64,000 nt of DNA from the human T2T-CHM13v2.0 reference genome, Homo sapiens (GCF_009914755.1 NC_060928.1); one strand, 5' to 3'. Positions 1 through 14,635 are shown, numbered from the stretch's first letter. The notes: a model not told the origin generated them from the sequence alone. Program-made: numbers and translations.

Positions 1-510
1 ACAGGTTATGTATGAGCTACAATAATTGTGCAAATTCTGAGCAAATTCAATGAGCTAGCCTTTTTAGGAAACAAAAATAAGAATCTAATCCCCTAAAAAA
101 GATTATTAATTTTGTTATTTTCATCTGTTTTTGATGACCAGCTTGTCAGAAGATTGAAGGTCACTAATGTAACATTATCTTTACTGAAAGTTAATGTAAT
201 ACATTCAAAAGAGGAAAAAAAAAGATCCTGGTGACAAAAACAAAGGGATGATTACAGAACAAAATTTTAGCCCTGCTTATATTTATATATTCATTCCAAA
301 TGTGTCACTCTATTCTTTACTACTCTCCTAGTCAGGGCTGGGAGGAAACTAGCTTGTGACCTTACAAGGTATGAACTGTATATGATTGGTGGGAACTTCA
401 CTAAATCGTACGCATGTGGAGAATTAAATTAAAAATCTGTGTTAGTACTAAGAGGCTCACGAAGTCCAAGTGATAAAGCTAAAGTAAAAGATAAATATAA
501 AGCAAATATC

Positions 511-821
<311 letters not shown>

Positions 822-1549
822 AAAGCAAATATCACACATAAATATAAGAAACAAGAACAGTGAAATGAGCTAAGGCGAAGACTTTCTATTATTGTGATCA
901 ATGTTTACAATTATTGGATGTACGGATTAGCCAAATTCTACCTATCCTTTTCAGTCCTTTCATCAGAAAGAAAGCAAAATGAAACACAAATCATTATTTC
1001 TACTTGTTATCAATATAAGTAAAAGGCTAAGTCTTAAGAGGATGAAGAAAATTCTGAATATTAATGCTTTAGGTGTTATCTATAAAGCTCAGATAGCCAC
1101 ATGGATTCTGTTTCCATTATTACTAATAATTGAAAATTGATGATACTAATAAAATATTCCACAGATGCTCTGTCTTCTCTCTCCTACACACCAACAGATC
1201 AAATTCAACATAATGTGGTTCTTTTGAGAAACATAATATGTATTACTTGCATAGAAATTTTAAGAATAATTAAGAACAAAATTAAGTTAATTTTTCAATC
1301 TACTTTACTGGTCTTACTAACTACTATGTCCACATATGAACCTTTCCTCCAGTTAAACTACTCTACGACCTTAACCTGAAATAACTTTGAAAACACATCT
1401 CCACACAGTTGCCTATGCCACAGTCCCCCAATAACCCATCCTCACTGATCTCCACCTTCCAAAAGTATGGGCAACTTTCAAGGCCAAGCTACACCGTCAT
1501 TTTTTTTCTTTCCACTCATGATGGTACATTTGAATTCAAAGGAATGTGA

Positions 1550-1906
<357 letters not shown>

Positions 1907-2409
1907 AGCTTTTTCTTTTCAGTATTTAGAAAACATACCTTGCAATCACTTCACTGATCCTGATATGCTAACATGAATGACCATGGAGAATGAGAACTGC
2001 TAATCTCCACCACTGGAACAGAACACATCCCATTGCCTTGTATTGTAGATTACAAAAGGGATTATGTTTTCTTGTATTCTAACTCAGCCACAAGACTGTA
2101 AATTCCTTATAAGGCATGGATGACATCTAAAATTAATTTGTATTCCTATATACATAGCACAGCATTTCGTATGGTCATGTTTCAAAACATGAACAAAAAG
2201 TCCTTAGTCAACACTTCTTTGCCTTTAAAACTCAGATGACATTTTCACTTTCATTCTGCAAACTTATAACAAAAGCCTTTAACCTTTTAAAAGATGGAAG
2301 CAAAAAAAGATGTAACAAACCCATCTGCCTTTGAATGAAGCCTCTATCAAATATAATGAAACACGGACATTAGAACAATTACTATATATTAGTTCATATT
2401 AATAAGTTG

Positions 2410-2665
2410 TTAATTTTAGGTGATGTATTTTGATTGTGCTTTAAAAAGAGATTCTTCATCTTTTATAATACAAGCTGAAAAATATTTATGAATGGATATC
2501 AAAGAATTTGCCTCATCTAATCCAAGCTGAGAAGGGAATTGGATGGGTGCATGGATAAAATAATACTGGCCATGAATTCATAATTGTTGGAACTGGATGA
2601 TGAATATTTGTGGATTTATTATCCTAGTTTTTTTACTTTTGTATATTTAGATTTTCCATAATAAA
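2410..2665 (+). mobile_element. Old L1ME-type 3'UTR fragment
   Basis: 'ggccatgaattcataattgttggaactggatgatg...ttttccataataaaa' resembles the L1ME 3' end. Confidence 0.6.
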
Positions 2666-2964
2666 ATGGTTTTTTACTTTATTCCAAAATGCACAAACTT
2701 TTCCAATGCCAAGAAAAGTTTGAATTAAACATCTATTCATGAGGAAAAGAGATCAGACTCACAGCAAAACATGAATAATACTACTTTTCCAACAAAGTGT
2801 GACTTTAAAAAAGAAAGAATGGAACTGCATTATAAAGTGCAAGGAGGCATATCTCAGCAATCTCCCAAGCAACTCTCCAGATCCTCACAGGGTGACTGTT
2901 GAAGATACTGTAAATTCCTAGATCAGAACTATTCTCAGTTAGAGCAAAGCATCAGAAATGTGTT

Positions 2965-3100
2965 TACTTGCTTATTAGCTATCTTCTCAACTAGAATGTA
3001 AGTGTCACTAGGTCAACATCTTTACTTTGTTCTCCAGTATCTCTCCAGCAAAAAGCAGTGCATCCAGCCCAGATAGCAGGTACTCAATATATATTTGTCA
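2965..3100 (+). mobile_element. L2 3'-end fragment
   Basis: 'ctagaatgtaag...caggtactcaatatatatttg' matches the L2 terminal motif. Confidence 0.6.
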
Positions 3101-4493
3101 ATTATTTCTATGTATAAAATATGCCCTCTCCTGCCTACTACAAAAAGGTCATAAAGTATTATGAATGTTAAGCTATTAGAATAAAAATTCATTTCAAAGT
3201 TTCCAATTTTAATTATGTATATTCCTTTCTGAAAATAGCTTATCATTAACTTATCTATTTTGCATATTAAAAATTTACAAATAACACCTGCATGCCTCTT
3301 CTCATCTTAGCCTTATGTCCACTGAGAGGTAGATAAAAACGAGAATTACCTCTCCAGTCCCAGAAAAGCAAAAAACTGAAACTCAGAATATATTGATAAT
3401 CTGATGAGATTCTAACTCTGTTTTTTGACTCATAGTTCATTATTCTATAAATTATAGAAATACCTGTATATTTCTTTAAATTGGGGCTCATCAATTAATC
3501 AAGCATTTCCAGTATCATTATTTCTAGTAATAGAGGAAATAGATGTGAGAGATTGAACTCAGCCTCACAGAATAAGAGATTTTAAAAATCAAATGCATTA
3601 CACCAACTTTTAGGTATAATATTAAGAAATATCATTTAAAAATCTTAAAACACGTAGAGTTCTATGTTTACTTTAGACATAGAATGTCATAAAAAAAGAT
3701 CTTTCCCACTATAACAATGAGAACGAACCAGACAGTCTACAAAATAATGATTTCGTTTTTCAGCTAGAGTGCTATGGTCACAAGGCAGTCTGATGATCTG
3801 CAATGCAAAGTTGACAAACTCCTCCACAGAGATGGAACACAATACTATAATACCTTGGGCAGACCAAAGAGGAAGAGATGGCCACCACAGAAGCAGGCAA
3901 GAAGAAAACAGATAAAATTTTAATTAATCTTTAAAGGCCAATTGTGACCCAATTTGAGAGTACAGAATCCTCAGAAGCCCTGGACAAAAGGGGTGTCTGC
4001 ACTGACTCTCCTACTCTTACGTAGGGCTTCCACTGACTGGCAACAAGAAAGACTGGTGGCAGGAGAGGAGACCTAAGAGAGACCTCCTCCATGATAGACG
4101 TGTGTGGATCCTCTTTTGATTTGGAAGTGGAGCAGAAGAACCCAGAGAAGTCTATCTCCAATCCAAACACTGCATAAATGCTGCTGAGAAGGACCAGAAA
4201 AGCCACACATGCCCCACCTCTACACTGATAGCAGGCAATTATTTTTTTAAATATTTTTTATTTTTAAATCTTGCCTAAGATTTAAAAATAAGGCAGGAGG
4301 TCTATAATCACTGCTTCTATTCAGCATTGTGCTAGAGTTTCTAGTCGGTTAAATAAAATAAGAAAATGATAAGTAGACACAAAATTGGGGAGCAGGGAGT
4401 AAAGCTGTTTTTATTAACAGATGATATGACCAAGTATGTAGAAATCCTGATAAATCCGAAAGAAAACTAGCAGAACTAGAAAGTGAATTTAGC

Positions 4494-4809
<316 letters not shown>

Positions 4810-6529
4810 AGAAAGTGAATTTAGCAATGTTACAGTATACAAAGTAAATTAAAAATTAATTGTAATCTACATAGTAACTGAAACAATTAGAAAAATGTAA
4901 AATCAACATTAATTATAATAGTTTCAAGACTTTGAGTATTAAGGGTAAATTTAATAAATAGCATGTAAGAACTGTACACTCAAACTATAGAACATTGCTG
5001 AGAGATTAAAGAAGGCCTAAATTAATAAAGAGATACACTATGCTCATGGATTGAAGACTTAATTTTAAGATTGTTATTCCATGTCCCTTCAATTCATATA
5101 TAGATTCAAAGTAATCCCTATTAAAATCACAGCAGGATTTTTCTGAAAATTGACAAGATAATTTAAAATTTTACCTGGACAGGCAAAAGAAACAAGAATA
5201 GCTAAAACAATCTTAAAAAGAAACAAAACTGGAAGGCATACATGACATGACTTCAAGACTTAATATAAAGCTACAGTATTAAGATAATACGGTATTAGCA
5301 AGAGGATATACAAACAGACCAATGGAACAGAACAGAGAGTACCTAAATCGACCTGCATATATAATATCAAAGACAAAGGTACCAAAGCAATTCAATGGAG
5401 AAGGAAAACTCTCCTCAACAAATGGTACTATCTTAAACCACACACACAAATCAGTTTGAGGTGGCTCATAGGTCAAAATATGTAAGCTAAAACAACAAAG
5501 CTACCGAAGAATAACTATAGAAAATATTCACAACCCTGGAACAGACAAAACAAAATCACACTATTTTAAAAATGGAAAAATTGGACTTAATCAAAAATAA
5601 AAACTGCTCATAAGAAAAGGCAAGAAAAAAGTAGGCAAGCTACAGACTGTGAGTAAATATTCACAACACATGACAAAGGACTTAAATTCAGAATATATAC
5701 AGAGTTCTGCAATTCAATAATAAAAAGACAACTCGATTTTTAAAATGGGCAAAGGACACAGATTATTCACAATAGAAAATAGACAAATAAAAAATATGCA
5801 TGTGAGAAAGTGCCTAGCATCATTAGTCATCAGGCAAGGATGTGTAAAATAAAACCCCAATGGGTAAACCCACTAACATGATTAAAATGAGATTGACAAC
5901 ATAAAATGTAGAAGAGGATGTGGAGCAACTGAAACACTCATAGATGGCTGATGAGAGTGTAAAATGGTATGTGGGAAAACTCTTTTGTTTCTTAAGTAAA
6001 CATACATCTATGCTATGATCCAGCAATTGCACAGCCAGGTATTAAAAAAATGAATACATATGCCCACACAAATATGAGTAAACAAATGCTGGTAGAAGCT
6101 TTATACTAGATAAAACCTGGAAATAAGATAGATGTTCAACAATATAATGAATTGATACACTGTGGTATAGTCAAACAATGGACTACTACTCGTTAATAAA
6201 AAGAATGAATTACTGATATATGCAAAAACATGGATAAATCTAAAAATATTATGCTAATTAAAAGCAGCAAGGCAAGAAAATATACGTACTGTAGGATTTC
6301 ATATATCAGCTATTGACTAATTCCAATCAGTGAATTAGCTTAGCCTAGGTAGATCCAATTAGCCAGTTATCTAAATAGCAACTGCTGATTCATCAAGGCT
6401 GTTCCAAAATAGTGGATGTGAGCAGCACATGCATACACCAAGAAGGAGAGCAGGGCCCTGAAATACTAACCTGGACAGAAAGCATCACGTGGCTTTACCA
6501 TCAGCTTAAACTCTCCACTATCAGGGTTT

Positions 6530-6599
6530 AGTTTTGCCTGCTTCTAAGTCCTAAACTGGCAAAAAGTTTTGCCTGCTTCTAAGTCCTAAACTGGCAAAA
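6530..6599. repeat. Perfect 35-bp tandem duplication
   Basis: agttttgcctgcttctaagtcctaaactggcaaaa x2. Confidence 0.95.
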
Positions 6600-6776
6600 C
6601 TAAACTCAGATCAGCATTTACTTCTAGAGGTAGAGAGTGGAGCAAGGGTAAATTGAGAAGGAGCCAAAGGGAACTTTCTAACGTGACGTCTACTTGCCAA
6701 AACTGACTGAAAGGCACGTTTGAGATCTGGTCATTCACTGAATATAAATTATATTTCAATCAAAAAATGAAGACAG

Positions 6777-7103
6777 GGATTGGGGCAGGGGCTCACGCCT
6801 ATAATACCAGCACTTTGGGAGGCCAAGACAGGAGGATCGCTTGAGCCCACTGGTTTGTGACCAGCCTGGGCAACACAGGGAGACCTGTCTCTACAAAAAA
6901 TTTAAAAATTAGCTGCACATGGTGGCACGCAGCTGTGGTCCCATCTACTCAGGAGGCTGAGGTGGGAGGATTACTTGAGCCCGGGAGATCGAGGCTGCAG
7001 TGAGCTATGATCGTGCCGCTGCACTCCAGCCTGGAAAACAGAGTGAGATCCTGTCTTAAAAAAAAAAAAAAAAGAAGAAGAAGAAGAAGGAGAAGGAGAA
7101 GAA
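6777..7103 (+). mobile_element. AluJ with (GAA)n/(GGAGAA) tail
   Basis: 'ggaggatcgcttgagccc', 'gaggctgcagtgagctatgatc' are J-type diagnostics; the tail has become a GAA microsatellite. Confidence 0.9.
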
Positions 7104-7270
7104 GAAGACAAGTTAAATATTCTTATCTTATCTTCTATTAGTACCTCCACATAAGCAATTTATATTATTCATGTTATGGTGCCAAATCAAATTTGAGTCA
7201 TATTCCTGAAAGGTTAAAAGCTCCTACCAAGTATTTTAAAGATACTTTCTTAATTTAAAGTTCATCTTTA

Positions 7271-7570
7271 GGCCAGGTGCAGTGGCTCATGCCTATAATC
7301 CCAGCACTTTGGGAGGCTGAGGTGGGTAGAACACTTGATCCCAGGAGTTTGAGACCAGCCTGGGAAATATGGCAAAACTCTAGCTCTACAAAAAAATTAA
7401 AAATAAAAAAATTAGCCAGGCATAGTGGCATGCATCTGTAGTCCCAGCTACTTGGAAGGCTGAAGTGGGAGGATCCCTCGAGACAGCGAGGTGGAGGTTG
7501 CATTGAGCCAGACCACACCACTGCACTCCAGCCTAGGTGACAGAATGAGACAACTACATCTTTAAAATAA
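7271..7570 (+). mobile_element. AluJ-type element
   Basis: Diverged dimeric Alu with 'cccaggagtttgagaccagcctggg'. Confidence 0.88.
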
Positions 7571-7774
7571 AATATTTGCAAAATAAATGAGAGCATTTCA
7601 AAATCTAAAGTAGCCAACTCAATTTTCTGAAATTAAGCTCTTTTTCTTTCACTAGCACATGCAATAAGTTTAAAAATTATTTCTTGAATGTTGCCTTCAG
7701 GTGGATTTCAAAGTATACTGAGAATCAAAATTCTTGTGGTTATTTTAAATTGGCTTTAGAATTTTAGAAAATTG

Positions 7775-7975
7775 TTTTAATTTAAAAAATGTGTGGGTAC
7801 ATAGTAGGCATATATATTTATGGAGTGCTTGAGATATTTTGGTATAGGCATGTAACACATAATAATCACATCATGGAAAATTGGATATTAATCCCCTCAA
7901 GCATGTATCCTTTGTGTTACAAACAATCCAGTTATACTCTATTAGTTACTTTAAAATGCAGAACAATATTGTATT
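7775..7975 (-). mobile_element. L1MA 3'-end fragment
   Basis: 'gtgggtacatagtaggcatatatatttatgg...ttacaaacaatccagttatactc' is the reverse complement of an L1MA 3'UTR. Confidence 0.75.
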
Positions 7976-8477
7976 AAATTATTCAAAAATTCAAGTATTA
8001 ACACTTTATTCTAAACACAGTAATCAATAAAGTTTAATGCTTCACAATTTATAAATTAACCTCTACATATACAATCTCACCTGGTCCTCATATTCACCAT
8101 GAGAAGTAGATGAAAGTGGTTTCCTCTACCATTTTAGAAAAAGGCAAAGCTATCATCTTCTCTTCTCTTAATATTCTTCCTTATCTTGCTTGAAAATTAT
8201 CTTTTCTTTAAAACTGTCTTCCTTCTGGACTGCTTAAATTCTAACCACATTTTGCATTTCTATATCATCTTTAAGGCTTTTCCCATAGTTAACATCTTCA
8301 GTTTTTCTAAAGAAGTTATCCTTTTTATCCAACGTTGTGTTTGTGTGATTTTTTTTCTCTTATTTTGAGGCCAATCTTTTGATACAAAGACAATTTAATG
8401 GAGTCGAGAATATATTAAAAGTTTTTTAACAACCGGATAACATCCCTGATCCACCTTTCAGAAAATGTCCACCTTTC

Positions 8478-8768
8478 AGCCAGGCGCAGTGGCTCACATC
8501 TATATAATCCCAGCACTTTAGGGGGCCGAGGCCAGTGGATCATCTAAGGTCAGGAGTTCAAGACCAGTCTGGTCAACATGGTAAAACCCTGTCCACACCA
8601 AAAATACAAAAATTAGCCGAGCGTGGTGTTGCACACCTGTAGTCCCAGATACTCAGGAGGCTGAGGCAGGAGAATCACTTGAACCAAGGAGGAAGAGGTT
8701 GCAGTGAGCTATCATGCCACTGCACTCCAGCCTGGGTGACAGAGTGAGACTCTTGTTTCAAAAAAAAG
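8478..8768 (+). mobile_element. AluS
   Basis: Dimeric Alu, 'ggtcaggagttcaagaccag', 'gcaggagaatcacttgaacc', short A-tail. Confidence 0.92.
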
Positions 8769-10844
8769 TGTTCTCATTTTAATTGATGCTCAAATATTAA
8801 ACTAACTATGAGAAAACAAAACAACAGAAAAATAGAAAAGAATTATAACAAAAAGGTAAAACAATTATGTTATTTAGCCAGTTTATTTAATGTTTTTCTC
8901 TACATCTATTTATTAATTCTGATTGAAATTACTTTTAAAAGACCCAGGATATTACAATCACCCACAAAATCCTTCCCTATATTTAATTATGTACTTTCAG
9001 AAACACTGAAAATGAAGAAAAATTATAAATACCATTTTAAAAATTAATGTCCTACAAATTAATTGAAGAAAAACACTTTCATTCATATACAATTAGATGA
9101 AAATGATTTGGGGCAATTAAAGATCATGAAAAACATAAGCAAAAATATTTTTTAAAGTTTGTGTGTTTTCTCTTTTTGTAAATGGGATGTAAATGTTCTC
9201 ATTTTTTAAACACAATAAAAGAAAAATGCATCAGTCACTTAAATGTTTTTTCAATATATTTCCCAACCATATTTTCCTCTACAGAGGATTTCAACAAAAT
9301 ATTATTATATCAGAAAATGAAAAATTTAGAACATTAAAATTATCCTTATTTCCATGGTTTGGTTTCTTTCCTATTCCTTAAGTCAGATAAAGCTTACAAC
9401 GTGTTATATAGCATGACTGTAATTTACTAGGGTCATCAATTATTAACTCCAATTTTTAAAACATATGCCAGAGAAACTACCTTGGGGATAAAAAAAGATC
9501 ATTAATCTGTTTGGGAAATTGCCTTTTTAAAAAGGCAAATTAAGGGGTAAGATCTTGATTTTGTATTCTAAAAATTAGTTCAACAATTTCACTGTAGATA
9601 AATTAACCAACATTAATACCTTGTCTATCTGTGGACAAAGTTAAATCCTCAGTGTGTATACTCAAGAAGAAATAGTCCAGACAGTGAACGAGGGGGAAAA
9701 GAATCAGAAAATGCTTGCACGGAGAGTTGCTTTATAGGGCTGATAGTTTAACTAATTAATATGACATTTAATAAATGGCACTTTGAAGAACTGCTAAGCT
9801 TCAGTAAACTTTCAAGCCAAACCAACTTTGCTTATTATTTTAAAACAATAGAATTATAGTATATTTTGCCAGCATAATTTTACTACCTCATGTTTAAAAG
9901 ATTCATATATATGAAATGCTTGAAAGAAACATTGCATATATATAGCCACTGTATTTCCCAGTGGACACAGCTTAGCACAAACTGATAAAAATGAGAGGTC
10001 GTAAAATAAATCTATTTTCATACCCATTGGTGTGTAATTGAATAGATTCTTCGAATAGTTGCTATAAATTAATTCCAACTTTAAGGCAATGAAATATTTT
10101 ACCTCTTGCAAAGTAACCAGGAATGACAAAAAGTATTTTCCTCCTTCAGCAAATAAGAGATATTCTGTGATCCCAACTGTTATTGCCTTCATATATCTAA
10201 ACTATAAACTCATCTATGGACTACACAGGAAAATTTGGAGCTCCTTCAAAGCTCAGCCATCCAAAGACAACAGAGATCCTCATTGGTTTAAAGTACGTTT
10301 TAGAACACTAGAATACTGTTCCAGTACATTAAATTTGAGAATGACTTTCGTTTCGCTATGAGTTAGAACATAATAATGAATAATTCTCCTTAGATTTGGG
10401 ATAGATTCAAAATTATATTTAGGGACACAAACAAGTCTACTGGTTCATAAAATTTGTATCACTCTTTGCCATATGTATTCTAGAGAGAAAACGTACATTA
10501 CTTTTTTTAAAAAAATTGTAATAACTGGTGGTTACTTAGCAGAACTCATACACAATATAGTACCTGCCCTAGAGTGGTTTACATTCTAAGACATTTATAT
10601 TCAATAAGAATCAGTAGCCTACAGATCAGTACTGACCTTTTTTAAATTTTTTAAATTTTTTCCTTTTTTTAACTTAAAAAAAAATCAAAACATTATTTAC
10701 CGCAGTTACATTCAACCAAACAAGCAATACTTAACCAGACATAGGAACAACAACATAGCATGGTTTTCTTTGGGCCAAACTAATTGTAACGCCTAGTATT
10801 TCAGTTTAACACATGGAGTTATTGTCTACAACCTCAGCAGGTAT

Positions 10845-11150
10845 TTATTTCATATTTATTAGATGCAGATAAACACTGAATACCTACTTTGTGTCAGGCA
10901 TGTACCAAGTGTTGACAATGCAAGATGAACAAGAAGAAGCCCCAGGCTTTAAAAAGTATACCATCTAATGGGGAAAAGTAAATTTTAAAAATTCACTATC
11001 ACTTTGTGCTAAGTGTTATCATAGATGTATGTTATGGAGGCTTGCTCAAAGACAAAGCAACTCTACCAGAGGAAGTCTAGGGATAGCTCCACAGGTGATA
11101 AGACATTTAAGCTGGACATTAAAGGTTGGTGAGTAGGTCCACCAGGGAGT
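10845..11150 (-). mobile_element. L2 fragment
   Basis: 'aaacactgaatacctactttgtgtcaggca...acatttaagctggac' typical of reverse L2. Confidence 0.6.
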
Positions 11151-11622
11151 GAAAGAGATTCTGTTTCTCAGAATACAGCAACAATAAAAATGAGATCAGG
11201 CTCTGAGACTTATGTTATCAGGGTACTCAAATCCTTTTTAGAGATCTCTATGGCTTAAGTACCGAGCACTGTTTATCCAAACAGGAGGGTGTAAGTGAGA
11301 AAACCCAGTCAAAACCCAGAAGTTGCCAATGGTATCCAGAGAGGCTTGTCAGTCAGGACAAGCCTTGGCAGTTAGGAGCTTGTAAAAAACAAGTAATTGT
11401 TTAATACTGTGGCCTTTTCCTAGATGCTATAACTAGAAACTTCAAATAAATCTCTCCAGTGGGTTACACTTTAGATTCTTGCTTTAATTCCTGGGTTTAC
11501 AGACTCCGCCTTCTTACTCTTAATGTATTTCTGATCATAATTTTATATTAACTGATGAAATATCAAGGCCTTACTCTTCACATTTAATGGACTTTTTAGT
11601 GATAAAGTGGTCTAAATGGATA

Positions 11623-11732
11623 CATGGTGACCAAACATCCAGTTTGCCCAAGACTGCCTTGGTATTAGCATTGAAAATCATGCTCCAAGAAACAGCTCGG
11701 TTTAAGGCAAACTGGGCCAGTTGGTCACCCTA
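11623..11732. mobile_element. MER81-like hAT-Blackjack MITE
   Basis: ~110 bp with terminal inverted repeats ggtgacca ... tggtcacccta. Confidence 0.75.
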
Positions 11733-11799
11733 AAATTTCCTATTCCCAAAGCGTCTAGCAAAATAGATGCTCAGCACCTCCTTTTCTAGTAAATTAGGT

Positions 11800-13330
11800 T
11801 TTTTTAAAATCTACTATTGTAAAATATAACACAGAGAAAAGCATTTAAATATATACCTACAGCTTTTGATAGTGGGCCACTTAGCAGAAACAATATAGAT
11901 GCTACCACCCTAGAATCCTTCCTTCCCAAAGTACTTTTCCTCCCCCAAGAGCTAACGACTTTCCTAACTTTTCTTGTAAATATTTGCCTTCTTAAAAGAA
12001 ATAAACTTGCCAATGGTGTTAAACTATAAATCTTAGCTTTAACTTTTTATTTGAATTTGATCTACCAAAATACTTTTATGTTTTGCTTTTATTGATAAAC
12101 ATTGTTTATAAAACTGATTCCTGTTGTTGCATGCAAATGTAGATTGTCTACTTTCTTGTTATATACTCTTATCTTGAATGCATTTTCCGCAATTTATATA
12201 TCTATTGAACTGTTGGTGACATTTGAATTGTTACCAGTTTGAGGTTATTACAGAGTATGCTGCTGTGAACATTCCTGTATGTTCATCCTGGGGTACAAAT
12301 GCAAGAGGTTCTCTAGGGCTGTGTTAGTGTGGTCCACGGATTAGCAGAACCTTCAACATGTGGGAGCTTGATAGAAATGCAGATGCTCAGGCCTCATTCC
12401 AGACCTACTGAATAAGAATTTCCATTTTAACAACACTCATTTGCATGTTAAAGTCTGTGTGAATAGTACGCAGAGAGAAATAAGAGAAGCACTTCTCCAG
12501 AATATAACCTAAAGAGTGCAATCACTGGAATTAAATTTTACTTGGCACCAGAAGTATACCAGCCTTCTGTATCCTCACCTACACTTTGCACTGCCAGTCT
12601 TTTAGATCTATAACTATCTGGTGGTTATAGACTGGACTCTCCTAGATTTGCTTTGCATATTCTTAATCACTGATGAGTTCGAGCATCTTTCTATAAGTTT
12701 ATAAAGGATTTGGATTTCTTCATTTTAAAACTCCTTTTCTAGTCCTCAGTCCAGTTTTCTGTTGGGTTCCTCCTCATTTACTCTTTAGTTTCCAGAAATG
12801 TCTTATACATGTAGGTTTTTAAAAATTGTTGGTTATATGTATTACAATTTTTTGCAAGCCAGAGTAGCTATGATTTCACTCCTTTATTTGATGAACAGAA
12901 GTTCTTAATTTTAATGTAACTTAATCAGTTTTTTAATTGATGTTGTGATTATGCATCTTCTTTAAGAAATCCTGTCCTACTGCAAAATCAGTGTATTTTC
13001 CTATATTGTCTGCAGAAGTTAAAAGATTCACATTTTTAACTTTTTAATTGAAATTTCATGCAGAAAATTGAACATAAGAATTCAACTTAATGAATTTTCA
13101 CAATGTCTTGGTTAATAGTGCTTAGATTAAGAACCAGAACATTTCAAGCAATCCAGGAGCCCCTCTGATGCTCCCCTTAAATCAGTACTACCCAAGAGTA
13201 AGGTGATGTGAGACAGCTGTCCAATTTCACCTTTTTCTATGATGATAATTTCTCTATCGTGTATTGAAAAATCCCTTCTTTTTCCATTCATATGTAGCAC
13301 TGCCTTTTTAGTATATCAAATGTGCATATG
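11800..13330 (-). mobile_element. Old L1ME fragments
   Basis: Reverse L1 3'UTR/ORF2 motifs ('tgctgctgtgaacattcctgta', 'gatgaacagaagttcttaattttaatg'). Confidence 0.7.
12318..12495. mobile_element. MER5A hAT-Charlie MITE
   Basis: 'tgggagcttgatagaaatgcagatgctcaggcctcattccagacctactgaa...ttttaacaa'. Confidence 0.8.
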
Positions 13331-13334
13331 GGGT

Positions 13335-13908
13335 GTAGATCCCTTGGCAAACTCATAGCCCCAGACTGACCTGGAGATTACTTTCCCAAGGCCCTTGCAG
13401 TAAAGACATCACACTCCAGACCTCCTGCCAACAGTGGCACCCAACTCCCTCTCCTCACCTATCCCCTCCCAGAGGTTTGTCTTCCATTACCCTCCTGATG
13501 TGGACACCAGGCATTCCAGGCCTCCCACCCACAGTAGCATCCCTACTTCCTCTGCACACCTGCATGCCTGTGTACCTGCCCCTGGCTGAGACCTGCTTGC
13601 AACCCAGAGGAATACTTCCTGCTTATACAGTGCCTGTGGATTGGCTCAGGCACACAGTGAACTTTTCTGCCATCCAGTGGTCTGCAACTATACCTTCTCT
13701 AATGAAGTCTGAATCCCAGCCTTGGGGGAGAAGGGGTCTAAGTTTTCCCATCCCTAGGTACTCTCTGTCAGCCTTAGGGAACCCTGTAGAGTTCTCTTAA
13801 ATCTAATAGTTATTCTTTTATCGAGGCTTAATAATTCTTTATATTATACTTCCCCTTAATTAAATCACTCTATTGTTTATGTCTCTTGATTAGACCTAGA
13901 TTAATATG
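13335..13908 (+). mobile_element. ERV solo-LTR-like element, family not determined
   Basis: ~570-bp GC-richer island starting with TG and ending in an LTR-like '...gtctcttgattagacctagattaata' tail. Confidence 0.45.
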
Positions 13909-14332
13909 AATCTTTTCTATTTCTGAAATATAAACTTTTAATATCCTCTGAAATATGAGATTAGAGTTATTTATTCTTTGAATGCATCATGGATTCTTGA
14001 GGTTTTTTTTTAAGTCAGTTGGGTACAGCATATTTTTCCAGAATATTTTTATTATGTCTAAATTTTCAAAAGTATTGGTATAACATCTCTCTCTTTTCTG
14101 TTAGTCTATTATATCTATAATATCACCTTTTACATTCTTAATATTGATAAAAGGACAAAAAAGATATGTAAGCAGTAATCAAAAGAAAGTTGACAAACTT
14201 TTTACTTCAACTTTTCTATATCCTATGTTTTAAACATGTCTTTTATATTTGATCATTGATTTCCATACGCTGAAGTTCTTTGACTTTCAACTGGTATATT
14301 TCGTTCATTTATGTTCAATTAATAACTTTTTT

Positions 14333-14635
14333 AGGCCAGGTGCAGTGGCTCACGCCTGTAATCCCAGCGCTTTGGGAGGCTGAGGCAGGCAGATCACCTG
14401 AGGTCAGCAGTTCAAGACCAGTTTGGCCAACATGGTGAAACCCCATCTCTACCAAAAATACAAAAATTAGCTGGGTGTGGTGGCAGGCGCCTGTAATCTC
14501 AGCTACTCAGGAGGCTGAGGCAGGAGAATCTGTTGAACCTAGGGGGTAGAGGTTGCAGTGAGCTGGGATAGCACAACTGCACTCCAACCTGGGTGACAAG
14601 AGTGAAACTCCATCTCCAAAAATAATAATAATAAT
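14333..14635 (+). mobile_element. AluSq/Sp-like
   Basis: Dimeric Alu with 'gacaagagtgaaactcc' and an (AAT)n tail. Confidence 0.92.

Noticed and set aside
3267-3494. 75-aa ORF as a standalone gene
   Set aside because: No promoter or poly(A) context; only the internal 26-nt candidate exon is kept as a speculative finding.
6530-6599. 35-bp direct repeats as a CRISPR-like array
   Set aside because: Only two adjacent copies, no spacers, eukaryotic context.
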